This document shows, one piece after another, positions 54,467 to 64,000 of a DNA stretch of 64,000 nt. Numbering within the stretch: the first letter of the stretch is position 1; every line of letters begins with the position of its first letter. The translations under genes and the position numbers were made by a program. The notes below the pieces were generated by a model that made no database searches, had not been told where the DNA came from, and saw only the letters and a program-made list of their open reading frames with translations. This DNA is from a virus (taxonomy: Duplodnaviria > Caudoviricetes): positions 4,279 through 68,278 of IMG/VR virus record IMGVR_UViG_2854727110_000001. One strand, 5' to 3'.

Positions 54467-55687
54467 ATGTTTTTCAAGAACCTCCAGATTTACCGCTTGC
54501 CTGCGCCATGGGCAATGACCGCCGCGGCGCTTGAGCAGGCACTGGCGCCGCAGCAGTTCACGCCCGCCACCAGCATGGACCTGGTGCGCCAGGGCTGGGC
54601 CCCGCCGCGCGCCGCCGGCACGCCGCTGGTGCATGCTGTCGGCGGCCAGTTCCTGCTGCAGTTGAAAACCGAGAAGAAGCTTCTGCCGGCGACCGTGATC
54701 AACCAGGTCGCCGCCGCCCGCGCGCTGGAAATGGAAGAAGCCCAAGGCTTCCCACCCGGCAAAAAGGCCATGAAGGAACTGAAGGAGCGTGTCACCGACG
54801 AGCTGTTGCCGCGCGCCTTCGCCATTCTCAGCACCACGGCCGTCTGGATCGACCCGGTGAATGGCTGGCTGGTGATCGACGCGGCCAGCCCGGCCAAGGC
54901 TGATGACGTGGTCAAGCTGCTGCTGAAATCCGTAGACAAGCTGCCGCTGGAAAGCCTGCGCGTGCAGCGCTCGCCGGTCGGCGCCATGACGGAATGGCTG
55001 GAAACGGGTAATGATCCGGCCGGCTTCACGGTCGACCAGGACGCGATCATGCGCGCCACCGGCGAAAGCAAGGCCCAGGTGGCGTACAAGCGCCACACCC
55101 TCGAAGCGGACGATATCCGCCGCCACATCGCCGCAGGCAAGCAGTGCACGCGCCTGGCCATGACCTGGAACGACAAGATTTCCTTCGTGCTGGACGAGAG
55201 CCTGGCCATCAAGTCGGTGAAAGCGCTGGACATATTGCGGGAATGCGCGATTGGCGAAGCAGCCGACGAGCGCTTCGACAGCGACTTCGCCCTGATGACC
55301 GGCGAGCTGGCAAAGATGCTGGCCGACCTGGTCGAGGCCCTGGGCGGCGAGGCTGATGTAGCGGCGCCAGCGCCACGCCCGGCGGCGGACGCGGGACCGG
55401 CCAAGGGCGATGAGCCCGTGCGCCCGGCGCGCCCGGTGCTGCAGCTGAACGGCGAAGCGCTGGGCGCCGTGCCGCCCGGTGACGGCAGCGCGAGCGATGC
55501 GCTGTACGAACAAGCCGTGGGAATCGTTCGCGCCAGCCAGCGTGCGTCCATCGCCCTGGTGCAGCGCCACCTGCGCATCGGCTACAACCGAGCGGCCCGG
55601 CTGATCGAGGTGATGGAAACCGCCGGCGTGGTCAAGGGTACGCAGGGCATCTATACGGTGGCGGCAGTGGCGGGAGTGGAAGCATGA
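54467..55687 (+). CDS. rdgC: RdgC recombination-associated protein fused to an FtsK gamma (winged-helix) domain
   Basis: [11 protein letters not shown]...EKKLLP..V...LLPRAF; C-terminal DALYEQAV..V....[28 protein letters not shown]. Confidence 0.88.
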   Translation: MFFKNLQIYRLPAPWAMTAAALEQALAPQQFTPATSMDLVRQGWAPPRAAGTPLVHAVGGQFLLQLKTEKKLLPATVINQVAAARALEMEEAQGFPPGKKAMKELKERVTDELLPRAFAILSTTAVWIDPVNGWLVIDAASPAKADDVVKLLLKSVDKLPLESLRVQRSPVGAMTEWLETGNDPAGFTVDQDAIMRATGESKAQVAYKRHTLEADDIRRHIAAGKQCTRLAMTWNDKISFVLDESLAIKSVKALDILRECAIGEAADERFDSDFALMTGELAKMLADLVEALGGEADVAAPAPRPAADAGPAKGDEPVRPARPVLQLNGEALGAVPPGDGSASDALYEQAVGIVRASQRASIALVQRHLRIGYNRAARLIEVMETAGVVKGTQGIYTVAAVAGVEA

Positions 55688-56214
55688 GTGCCGCCTTCTA
55701 CAAGACCAGCGACCCGGCCGTGCTGGCTGCGATGGCGGCGTACGAAGCCGAAGCAAAGAAAGTCTCGATGGTCGGCAAGGTGTTCGCCGACCACTTCGGC
55801 GGCAAGCTGCTCACAAACTCGACCGCTCACGGCCGTAGCGTCGCAGGTATCTGCTTCCATCCCGCCAAGGACGATCCATTGTGGACAAAGCCCGATGCCC
55901 AGCGCGCCAACATTCAGTATCCCCGCGCCTCGCTGCGGAAGTCTACGAAGGGGCAGCGCGCGGCGCTGAGCGAGTTGCAGGCCGAATGGAGGGCGCGCTT
56001 CCCGACCGAGAAAGCCGACCTGGCGCCCGTACTGGCCTCAATGGGTACCGACTGGGGCGGGCTGTTATTCGGCGGCTTCGCCATGTTCCAGCACGACGGC
56101 GGCACCGTCTACGTGTCCACCGGCGTGAAATTGGCGCCATGCATGGTTGAGATTGTGGCCAGCGAGTACATCGCCGCGAAAGCGGAATTTGAAAAGGCAA
56201 AGGTGGCAGCATGA
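55684..56214 (+). CDS. Hypothetical phage protein
   Basis: ATGA coupling; EI.ASEY motif. Confidence 0.55.
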   Translation: MSAAFYKTSDPAVLAAMAAYEAEAKKVSMVGKVFADHFGGKLLTNSTAHGRSVAGICFHPAKDDPLWTKPDAQRANIQYPRASLRKSTKGQRAALSELQAEWRARFPTEKADLAPVLASMGTDWGGLLFGGFAMFQHDGGTVYVSTGVKLAPCMVEIVASEYIAAKAEFEKAKVAA

Positions 56215-56528
56215 TCAACCGCCTCTACACCGTCAGCGCCACCCTGACGGCCGTCATTATGGCCACCAGCGAATGGGAAGCCGAAATCCGCTTTAAGTCG
56301 AGCTTTGGCGAGATCAAGGACCAGCCCATCGATGCGGTGGCAGATCAGGAAATCCGGACCGAGGCCGACCTTCCTGACGACTGGACCGTCGATTGCCTGC
56401 CGTATGGCCCACGCGACAACACGCTGACCATCGGCGAATTCCTGGACGTGCTGCCGCCGCTGGTGGTGCGCGATACCAAAACCGTCGATATGTTTGCGGC
56501 AACTTCCGAGAAAGCGACTGCAGCATGA
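56211..56528 (+). CDS. Hypothetical protein
   Basis: ATGA coupling; C-terminal RDTKTVDMF (clamp-binding-like). Confidence 0.55.
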   Translation: MINRLYTVSATLTAVIMATSEWEAEIRFKSSFGEIKDQPIDAVADQEIRTEADLPDDWTVDCLPYGPRDNTLTIGEFLDVLPPLVVRDTKTVDMFAATSEKATAA

Positions 56529-57658
56529 GCGAAAACAGCAAAATCGAATGGTGCGATCACACGTTCAATCCGTGGGAAGGATGCCAGAAAGTCGGCCCAG
56601 GTTGCGATCACTGCTACGCCGAGACGCGCAACGCTCGCTTTGCCGGCGGCATGGCCGTGAACTGGGGCCCGGGCGCGCCGCGCCGCCGCACCAGCGCCGC
56701 GAACTGGAAAAAGCCGCTCGCCTGGAGCATGACCAACTTCGTCGAGTGCGAAGCATGTGGCCATCGCGGCGCCGGCGTTCCGTGGCGAGACGTCGGGCCG
56801 AACATGGGCATCATCGACGACGGTCACCAATGCGCTGCATGCGGATCCCGCAACGTCGAGCCGACCCGGGCGCGCGTGTTCTGCGCCAGCCTGGCCGACG
56901 TGTTCGACAATGCTGTCGATCCGCAATGGCGCTTCGACCTGATGCGCCTCATTGAGCAGACGCCGAATCTGGACTGGCTGCTGCTGACCAAACGAATCGG
57001 CAACGCTGCGACCATGCTCGATGAAGCCGTGCTGGCGATCAACCATGGTCGCTGGAACTGGCGCGACAACGCTTTCCCGAATGTCTGGCTCGGCGCCACC
57101 GTCGTGAACCAGGCCGAAGCCGACCGCGATATCCCGAAGCTGCTGGCCGTGCCAGCTGCGCGCCGATTCTTGAGCATGGAGCCTCTGCTGGGGCCGGTCA
57201 ACCTGACGGCTATCCCGATGAGTGGAAGCGGGCACCACGAGTTCGATCCCATCATCACCGCCAACGTGCTGCGACGCGCCGAGGCGTATCCGCCTCTTCC
57301 ATCGCTGGACTGGGTCATCGTCGGCGGCGAATCAGGCCCCGGCGCCCGGCCAATGCATCCGTTGTGGGCGCGCAACCTGCGCGACCAGTGCGCGGCCGCC
57401 GGCGTGCCGTTCCTGTTCAAGCAATGGGGCGAGTGGTTGCCGGGCGGCCATTACACCACCGAGTTGGCTATCAAGGATTCAAACCCGGGCGAGAGCAAGT
57501 ATCTCTGCGCGCTGTGGACGGGCGCGACCTGGAATTTCGGGCGCTTTGGCCCGGACGAAATCCATTTCGAGGCTGAGCCGATGTACCTGGTGGGCAAGAA
57601 AGCATCCGGCCGCGAATTGTACGGCCGCACTCATGATGAATTTCCGGAGGCAGTATGA
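56525..57658 (+). CDS. Gp37/Gp68 (DUF5131) family protein
   Basis: SKIEWCDHTFNPWEGC.KV..GC.HCYA; VFCASLADVF; LLLTKR; EPLLGP; WVIVGGESG; FKQWG. Confidence 0.88.
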   Translation: MSENSKIEWCDHTFNPWEGCQKVGPGCDHCYAETRNARFAGGMAVNWGPGAPRRRTSAANWKKPLAWSMTNFVECEACGHRGAGVPWRDVGPNMGIIDDGHQCAACGSRNVEPTRARVFCASLADVFDNAVDPQWRFDLMRLIEQTPNLDWLLLTKRIGNAATMLDEAVLAINHGRWNWRDNAFPNVWLGATVVNQAEADRDIPKLLAVPAARRFLSMEPLLGPVNLTAIPMSGSGHHEFDPIITANVLRRAEAYPPLPSLDWVIVGGESGPGARPMHPLWARNLRDQCAAAGVPFLFKQWGEWLPGGHYTTELAIKDSNPGESKYLCALWTGATWNFGRFGPDEIHFEAEPMYLVGKKASGRELYGRTHDEFPEAV

Positions 57659-58341
57659 AAGAGCGCCCTATCCTCATGAACAGCGCCATGGTGTGCGCCA
57701 CCCTGGCCGGCACCAAGACGCAGACCAGGCGGATTATCAAGTTGCCGCCGGCACCGGCGGCGCTGGGCGAGTGGCAGGCATCGACCATCGGCGGCGAGAA
57801 CGGCGGGCGGACGGCGGCCGGCAATGAAGTGCCCCTGCGAGCGGTTATCTGGCACACACGCACCGGCAAGACCATCAGTTGCCCACACGGCCAGCCTGGC
57901 GACCGCCTGTGGGTGCGCGAAACGTGGGTGTGCGACGATTTCCGAGTGCAGGCCGGCCCCTACCTTGAAGTGCCAGGCGCGCGGGAGGCGCTTTTCTATC
58001 GCGCCGACAACGAGCAGTCATTTGAAGCGCCGGAAGGAAAGTATTGGAAGCCTTCTATCCACATGCCGCGATGGGCCAGCAGGATCCTGCTGGAGATCGT
58101 GTCGGTGCGCGTCGAGCGGCTGAACGACTGCAGCGAGGCGGATGCAATAGCGGAAGGCGTACGCAAGTTCACCGACTCCTTCATGCGTGGATTACCCGGC
58201 TGGGAAGGCTACCCCGGCGCATTCGCACGGCCGGACGCTTACACCGCCTATTACGACCTGTGGGAGAAGATCAACGGCGTCGGCAGTTGGGACGCTAACC
58301 CATGGGTGTGGGTAATCGAATTTAAGCGAGTGACGCCATGA
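57655..58341 (+). CDS. ASCH/PUA-like phage protein
   Basis: MKERPIL...GTKTQTRR...GDRLWVRETW...WKPSIHMPRWASRI.LEI...NPWVWVIEF. Confidence 0.8.
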   Translation: MKERPILMNSAMVCATLAGTKTQTRRIIKLPPAPAALGEWQASTIGGENGGRTAAGNEVPLRAVIWHTRTGKTISCPHGQPGDRLWVRETWVCDDFRVQAGPYLEVPGAREALFYRADNEQSFEAPEGKYWKPSIHMPRWASRILLEIVSVRVERLNDCSEADAIAEGVRKFTDSFMRGLPGWEGYPGAFARPDAYTAYYDLWEKINGVGSWDANPWVWVIEFKRVTP

Positions 58342-58772
58342 ACCCGCGCATCTACAAGAAGCAGGCAAAGCGCGCCGTCCAGCTGCTGCGGAGCTTTGGC
58401 GACAAAACCAAATATGCGCCAAGTAGCGAGCCGGGTGTCATCGACATGCCGATGCGCTGGCCGCGCCAGCAGTGGCTCAAGCGAGCAAATCCGGCGCGCT
58501 ATCAGCTCTGGAACCGCATCAGCAGCATACCTGAGTGGCACCAGTGCGGATGGGACGGAGACGCAGAAGGCGGCGATGCGCGCGTGGACTGGGTATCCCA
58601 TTACGGTTACGCACGCTTGCCTGAAGGCTTCTTCGACGGGCCGGAATGGGATAACGGCGGAAAACCATGGCCGCGCATGACCACCAGCCAGCGCATGGGC
58701 ATGTGGCGATTCAGCCAGATTGCACCAGGCTGGCGGTGGCGCGGCGGTCGCGCTGTGCAGGTGGCGTCGTGA
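58338..58772 (+). CDS. Hypothetical protein
   Basis: MNPRIYKKQAKRA; coupled. Confidence 0.55.
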   Translation: MNPRIYKKQAKRAVQLLRSFGDKTKYAPSSEPGVIDMPMRWPRQQWLKRANPARYQLWNRISSIPEWHQCGWDGDAEGGDARVDWVSHYGYARLPEGFFDGPEWDNGGKPWPRMTTSQRMGMWRFSQIAPGWRWRGGRAVQVAS

Positions 58773-59140
58773 GCGCAATGATCCTGCGCAGCGTGGCGGA
58801 AACGCTGCCGCGCTTCGCCTATCGATTCGCTAACGAGGTCGCACTGCACGAGGGCATGGCGCAGGTGCTCGCCGAAGCCGGAATCGAGTTCCAGCGCGAG
58901 GTGGTGGCCGGGCCGAGGGATCGCTTCGACTTCCTCGTCGCGCCAGGCATCGTCATCGAGGCCAAAATTAAAGGTTCGCTGTCGCAGGCGCTCACGCAAA
59001 TCGCCCGATACGCCGCCCGGCCCGACGTTACAGCCGTGGTGCTGGTAACGACCAGGTTCTGGGGCAGCGCGGGCGCCAAGGTCGACCAACTGCACGGCAA
59101 GCCAGTGCGCATTATCAAACTGACAGGAGCATCGTTTTGA
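58769..59140 (+). CDS. Small PD-(D/E)xK nuclease
   Basis: E..L...L...GI.F.REV.....R.DFLV...IVIEAK......Q..RY. Confidence 0.7.
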   Translation: MSAMILRSVAETLPRFAYRFANEVALHEGMAQVLAEAGIEFQREVVAGPRDRFDFLVAPGIVIEAKIKGSLSQALTQIARYAARPDVTAVVLVTTRFWGSAGAKVDQLHGKPVRIIKLTGASF

Positions 59141-60891
59141 CTTCGACATACGGAACCATCAACTACACCGAGCGCTTCTGGCTAATCCAGGGCGAGCCGT
59201 TCGTGCGGGCGCGACTCAAGCGCGTTTTCCCAAGGGTGCCGCAGCACGCCGCGAAGCACATCTGCATTTCGGTGACGCCCGAGAATACGCGAGAGCTGGC
59301 CTGGTTTATCGACAGGTACCCGATGGACGTCGACCGCCGCGACATCATGGACCGGTTGGCCGATCAGCACCGGGATTGCGAAACACGACTGGCTGACCTG
59401 ATGGCCGGCCATGTGGCGCCTTTCGAGATCAAACTCGCCAAGCCGGCGCGCGAGTATCAGGCCTTCGCGGCGCAGATGCTCGAACTGAAAGGCGGCTTCT
59501 TGCTGGCCGACGACCTGGGCCTGGGCAAAACGGTCTCAGCGATCTGCGGCATGGTGCGCACTGAGAACCTGCCCGTGGTGGTAGTCTGCCCGGCGCACTT
59601 GCCGCGCCAGTGGCGCGCCATGATCAAGGAATTCGCACCCGACTTGACCGTGCACATTCTCAAGAAGGGCTCGCCATACGACCTGATGCCCCGCTCGCGC
59701 TCGAAGCAGATTGAACTGATTCCGCCGCGCCTGCCGGACGTGATCATCACCTCGTATCACAAACTGCGCGGCTGGGCCGAGACTTTGCACGGCGTGGCGA
59801 AATACGTGGTCTATGACGAATGCCAGGCACTGCGCAGCCCCGGCACCGCTATCTACCAGGCTGCCGCACACCTTGGCGCCGGTGCCGCGCGGCGCATGGG
59901 CCTGAGCGCGACGCCGATCTACAACTACGGCCACGAGTTTTATCACGTGCTGAACGTGGTGGCGCCCGAGGCGCTAGGCGAGTACGACGAATTCGTGCGC
60001 GAGTGGTGCTCGACCGAAGTGGACGGCAAGGCCAGGCTGGCCAACGCCAAGGAATTCGGCGCCTACCTGCGCCGCGAGGGCATCATGCTGCGCCGCACGC
60101 GCGCCGACGTCGGCCGCGAGCTGCCCGACCTGTCGAAGATCGTGCACGAAGTGGATGCCGACGAGAAGGCGCTCGACGCCCTGCACAGTGATGCGATCTC
60201 CCTGGCCAAGATCGTCTTGCGCCATAACGAGCAGTTCCGCGGTGAAAAGATGCAGGCCGCCGGCGAGTTCGACGCGCTGATGCGCCAAGCTACTGGCATC
60301 GCCAAGGCGCCGTACGTCGCCGAATTTGTCAAGCTGCTGCTCGACAGTGGCGAGCCGATCGTGCTGTTCGGCTGGCACCGCGCGGTCTATAGCATCTGGA
60401 TGGAGGCGCTGGCCAGCTTCAACCCTGTCTTGTACACGGGCAGCGAGTCAGCAAACCAAAAGGACGAGGCAGTCAGCGCCTTCCTGACCGGCAAGGCCCA
60501 GGTGCTGATTATGTCGCTGCGGTCCGGCGCCGGCGTCGACGGCCTGCAGGGCTACTGCAACACCGTCGTGTTCGGTGAGCTGGACTGGTCGCCTGGCGTT
60601 CATGAGCAATGTATCGGGCGCGTGCACCGGGATGGACAGGATGCGCCCTGCTCTGCCTACTTTCTCGTGTCGGACAGCGGCGCCGACCCGATCATGGCCG
60701 AAGTGCTGGGCGTGAAGCGTGAGCAGATCGAATCGGTGCGCAATCCGGACTCGGCGCTTGCCGAACGGATCAACACCGGCGAGAACAACATTCAGCGGCT
60801 CGCGCGGGAATTTTTGGCGCGGCGCGGCGAGGCGTTGGCGCCAGTCGAGACGGTGGCCGCACTTCCAGGCGCTCCAGGAGCTGCGCCATGA
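59137..60891 (+). CDS. SNF2-family helicase
   Basis: LLADDLGLGKT, YDECQ, LSATP, ELDWSP..HEQCIGRVHR.GQ. Confidence 0.9.
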   Translation: MTSTYGTINYTERFWLIQGEPFVRARLKRVFPRVPQHAAKHICISVTPENTRELAWFIDRYPMDVDRRDIMDRLADQHRDCETRLADLMAGHVAPFEIKLAKPAREYQAFAAQMLELKGGFLLADDLGLGKTVSAICGMVRTENLPVVVVCPAHLPRQWRAMIKEFAPDLTVHILKKGSPYDLMPRSRSKQIELIPPRLPDVIITSYHKLRGWAETLHGVAKYVVYDECQALRSPGTAIYQAAAHLGAGAARRMGLSATPIYNYGHEFYHVLNVVAPEALGEYDEFVREWCSTEVDGKARLANAKEFGAYLRREGIMLRRTRADVGRELPDLSKIVHEVDADEKALDALHSDAISLAKIVLRHNEQFRGEKMQAAGEFDALMRQATGIAKAPYVAEFVKLLLDSGEPIVLFGWHRAVYSIWMEALASFNPVLYTGSESANQKDEAVSAFLTGKAQVLIMSLRSGAGVDGLQGYCNTVVFGELDWSPGVHEQCIGRVHRDGQDAPCSAYFLVSDSGADPIMAEVLGVKREQIESVRNPDSALAERINTGENNIQRLAREFLARRGEALAPVETVAALPGAPGAAP

Positions 60892-61003
60892 ACGACAACC
60901 ACGAAGTCCCGAACAGCGAGCGCAGGCCACGCGCGGCACGTGTGGCGACGGCCCTGATCCTGATTTACGTAATCGCCAGCGTGACCGGCGCCTGGTGGGC
61001 GGC

Positions 61004-61237
61004 ATGAGCGCCCGCACGCCGGCGCCAGCCGAATCGCCGCGCGATCTGGCCGACCAGCACGACCTGCGCCTGCACCGCGCAAAGCAACTGGCCAGGCCGG
61101 TCGGCTATCAGGGCCTGAACTGCTTCATTGCCGGCTTCTGCTGGCACAAGGGCGATGCTGACATGACTGTGTACATCGAGGGCCTGGCCGAACCGGTCGC
61201 GCCCGCCGAATTAACCATATTGGAGCAACCACAATGA
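61004..61237 (+). CDS. Hypothetical protein
   Basis: Coupled to the next gene. Confidence 0.5.
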   Translation: MSARTPAPAESPRDLADQHDLRLHRAKQLARPVGYQGLNCFIAGFCWHKGDADMTVYIEGLAEPVAPAELTILEQPQ

Positions 61238-62553
61238 TGAATAACGAGCAACACAAGCAAATCAGCAATGCACTGATGATGGCGGCCCTGGGCTGCGGGC
61301 ACACGATCGACAGCAGCTGCATCACCCTGCAATGCGATCCTGCAAAGCCAGGCAATGCGCTGGCCCAACTCTCCGGCCGCCTGCTGGATGCATATTTGAC
61401 GGCAGTTGGCGCAAGCGCCGCGCCCCAAGGCCAGCCGATCATCGGGCGCCTAATGGATCAAATCTCCGCGTTGCCGGTGCTGTGGGGCCTGAACGAGCCG
61501 GGCGCGCTGCTGCGCAACAGCGATGTGTTCCGCGTGCTGGCCGCTGCTGGCCGCGAGCAAGCCGCCCTCGCAGCCGCCCCGGTGCAGGCGCAAGAGCCGG
61601 TGGCGTGTGATTGCGAGGGCGCTGGAGGTTGCAGTAAATCGTTTGAATTGGCCGCCGGAGAATTTTGCAAGGCGTCTTGCTTTTCAGCTGCTGAACAGAT
61701 GGCTTTTTGCGACCCGGTGCAGCCCGTGGCCGTGACGACGGATGGTGACATCTACCAATTGCGGCTGGAAAACGGTTTATGGAAAGACGTTGATGAGGGA
61801 ATGTTTAAATACGAATCTAAACGCGGCGCCAATGGTCGCGTTGTCCATATCGCCGCCCCAGCAGCGCAGGGCGATGCCACTGATACCCGCGCAGCGCAGA
61901 TCGGCGCCACATCGCACCTGATCGCCGAGCAGATATTCAACATCGCTACGCCCTACTTCCTGTGGACGAAGGACGGTGCCGCGTGCGACGGCTGGCAGCG
62001 TGCTACAGCGGGAGCCATCGGAATGCCTGGCCTTTTGTCTTTCGCCAAAGCTTTGATCGAGGCCACCCAAATGCCTGCCGTCACCAATACCTGCGCCGAA
62101 ATGCGCGCGCTGTGCAGCGCATGCGGCGGCACGGGCGACGTGCACAACATAGATGGCGAATGGCGTGGCCAATGCACCTGCGTCCATGCATGGCAACAGC
62201 GCGCCGAGAAAGCCGAGGCCGACTGCCAAATCATTGGCGATAAAAATGATCGGCTACTGAAGTGCGTGGAACATCATCAAGCGATCGCTGATGATTGGCA
62301 GGGCAAGGCGGAAGATGCGCTGGACCGAGTGAAGGAGTTGGAGGCGCAGCTTGCGCGGCGCGGTGTTCCACTCTCGCCCGAAACGCAGCAGGCCATCGCC
62401 GCCGCGCGCGCCGCTGGCCAGTCGATCGCTGCAACGCCGGGCGGCCTGGTCTTCATGAACGACGGCGCCGAGCCTGGCAACGGTGAGCTGGACTGCCCTG
62501 CTTGCGGCGGCAGTGGTCACGCCGGCGACGTGACGACAGGGAGCGCGCCATGA
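61234..62553 (+). CDS. Mosaic (Ea22/Ead-like) protein with two CxxCxGxG zinc motifs
   Basis: Ala/Pro linkers (AAPVQAQEPVA), CSACGGTG, CPACGGSG, coiled coil; position before xis. Confidence 0.55.
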   Translation: MMNNEQHKQISNALMMAALGCGHTIDSSCITLQCDPAKPGNALAQLSGRLLDAYLTAVGASAAPQGQPIIGRLMDQISALPVLWGLNEPGALLRNSDVFRVLAAAGREQAALAAAPVQAQEPVACDCEGAGGCSKSFELAAGEFCKASCFSAAEQMAFCDPVQPVAVTTDGDIYQLRLENGLWKDVDEGMFKYESKRGANGRVVHIAAPAAQGDATDTRAAQIGATSHLIAEQIFNIATPYFLWTKDGAACDGWQRATAGAIGMPGLLSFAKALIEATQMPAVTNTCAEMRALCSACGGTGDVHNIDGEWRGQCTCVHAWQQRAEKAEADCQIIGDKNDRLLKCVEHHQAIADDWQGKAEDALDRVKELEAQLARRGVPLSPETQQAIAAARAAGQSIAATPGGLVFMNDGAEPGNGELDCPACGGSGHAGDVTTGSAP

Positions 62554-62885
62554 ACATGGGCGAGCACGACATGGTGGCCAAGCTGGTCGAGACCATCGAG
62601 CGCAATGCGCGCGCAGCAGCCGCCAAGGCGGAGGCGCAGCGTCAGCCTCTGGCCTGGGTAAAGCTGGAGCGCTACGTCGAGATATCAGGTGATTCCGTTG
62701 ATTCCGTGCAGGCTCGCCGCAAGGCGGGCAAGTGGTTCGACGGTGTTCAATGCAAAATTGTAGACGGTCGGTTGTGGATAAATCTGCCGGCTGTAGAAGA
62801 ATGGGTTGAAAAATGGGAACAAAACAGTCGGGGCCTCCAGGTGTTGAACTCCGGTCGGGGGTCAAAAGCGAATCGATCAGAATAA
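62550..62885 (+). CDS. xis: Excisionase
   Basis: WVKLERYVEISGDS..SV..RRK.G.W..G.......GR.WINL..VE.W; overlaps int. Confidence 0.75.
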   Translation: MNMGEHDMVAKLVETIERNARAAAAKAEAQRQPLAWVKLERYVEISGDSVDSVQARRKAGKWFDGVQCKIVDGRLWINLPAVEEWVEKWEQNSRGLQVLNSGRGSKANRSE

Positions 62886-64000
62886 AGTTCATGTATCGTG
62901 GCGCCGAGTGCAGGGAGACATTGAAGCTCGCCCATACGAAGGCGAATATCAAATACGCCGAGCGCCTGCGCGGCGAGATCCTGAACGCGATTCAGCTCAG
63001 GACTTTTTCATATGCGGAGTATTTCCCCGAATCGCCGCAGTTGAAAAGGCTGGGCATGCAGCCCAAGCAGCATCAAATGACCGTAGGCGACCTGATGGAA
63101 GATCAATTCCGATTGTATGAGCGCACGCTGTCGGCCAGAACCCTCGCAGTCTATCGCCGGATTTACCAGACAAAGCTCAAGCCGAAATGGGGGAAGGCCC
63201 TGCTTTCAGAAGCCACCCCGGCGGCACTTCGAGCATGGATTGGTGAAATGTCAGTCTCGGCACGATCAATTCGCCAAGTTCTTATCCCCCTTCGCGGGGC
63301 GTTTGATCTTGGGGTCAATGACGATCTGATAGAAAGCAACCCGCTGGACCGGGTGAAGCTGAAGAAAATCCTTGATAGGGACGCTCACGAAGCCAAGTCA
63401 GTGACCGATCCATTTAGCGCCGATGAAATCCAGGCGATTTTACGGGCTAGCGACGGGCAATGCCGCAATGTGTTCGCTTTCGCCTTTTCGACCGGCATGC
63501 GGCCAAGCGAGTACATTGCGCTCAAGTGGGGGTCTGTCGACTGGATCGAGCACACCATCAAGGTAGAGCGAACGAGGGTCAACGGCGACTCCAGGGATGA
63601 GGTGAAGACAAGGGCCGCGAAGCGGCTCATTGACATGCGACAAGGCGCTTTAGAGGCGCTTGTTGCGCAGCGACCACATACTGCACTTGCAAATGACGAA
63701 ATATTCCATGATCCGATAACTGCTCATGGGTGGTTGACATCGCAGCGCGTGGCGCTGTTCTGGGAGGCGGCGCTAAAGCGAGCCGGCGTCAGATACCGCA
63801 ACCTCTACCAAACGAGACATACTTTCGCGTCTACGTTGCTGTCGACTGGCGAGAATTTGTTCTATGTTGCCAAGCAGATGGGGCACACAGACACCACCAT
63901 GATTACCCGGACATACGGGCGCTGGATAGAACAGGAAGATGGTGTCTTGCCGGTTTTTTACGAACGTGTCAACGCGAGGAAAAAGACAGCGGCACTGTAA
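62813..64000 (+). CDS. int: Tyrosine integrase with N-terminal arm-binding domain
   Basis: TGMRPSE (R), YQTRHTFAS, QMGH...YG.W; N-terminal SIRI.F.YRG..CRE.L. Confidence 0.95.
   Translation: MGTKQSGPPGVELRSGVKSESIRIKFMYRGAECRETLKLAHTKANIKYAERLRGEILNAIQLRTFSYAEYFPESPQLKRLGMQPKQHQMTVGDLMEDQFRLYERTLSARTLAVYRRIYQTKLKPKWGKALLSEATPAALRAWIGEMSVSARSIRQVLIPLRGAFDLGVNDDLIESNPLDRVKLKKILDRDAHEAKSVTDPFSADEIQAILRASDGQCRNVFAFAFSTGMRPSEYIALKWGSVDWIEHTIKVERTRVNGDSRDEVKTRAAKRLIDMRQGALEALVAQRPHTALANDEIFHDPITAHGWLTSQRVALFWEAALKRAGVRYRNLYQTRHTFASTLLSTGENLFYVAKQMGHTDTTMITRTYGRWIEQEDGVLPVFYERVNARKKTAAL

Larger units (their letters stand above)
1..64000. mobile_element. Temperate lambdoid prophage (siphovirus-type), nearly complete; lysis genes and att sites outside the window
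   Basis: Ordered modules: integrase/xis, recombination, cI/cro switch, replication, Q, terminase, portal, capsid, tail tube, frameshifted tail chaperone, tape measure, fibres. Confidence 0.97.

Noticed and set aside
63900-64000. att site
   Set aside because: The window ends at the int stop codon, and no att core or host gene is visible at either edge.

Overview
The window is almost an entire temperate, lambdoid siphovirus-type prophage, GC-rich and resembling Betaproteobacterial (probably Oxalobacteraceae) prophages; the host assignment is inference. The integrase ends exactly at the right edge, and the lysis region and att sites lie outside the window. A cro/cI switch at ~43.4 kb divides two arms. 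The minus-strand arm carries cro, a KilA-N antirepressor, two DNA methyltransferases, replication genes, RusA, Q, a late-leader region with a Tad1-like anti-Thoeris gene and tRNA-Gly, then terminase, head, tail and fibre genes. The plus-strand arm carries cI, low-GC accessory genes, a structured non-coding RNA block, RecT/YqaJ, RdgC, a SNF2 helicase, xis and int. The standout observation is in the large terminase. It carries a 306-aa intein whose homing endonuclease is not in the intein frame. A complete HNH/zinc-finger endonuclease ORF with its own Shine-Dalgarno site, ATG and stop lies inside the intein in a second reading frame, while the intein frame stays open throughout (dual coding). 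Other notable items are a D-armless tRNA-like RNA in the early left operon, a LexA box over the putative late promoter, a Met-Lys-stop minigene with a perfect SD, a tail fibre with alternating Firmicutes-phage-like repeats, and a signal-peptide-like leader on the major capsid protein. All functional calls come from motif recognition by eye; no database searches were run.
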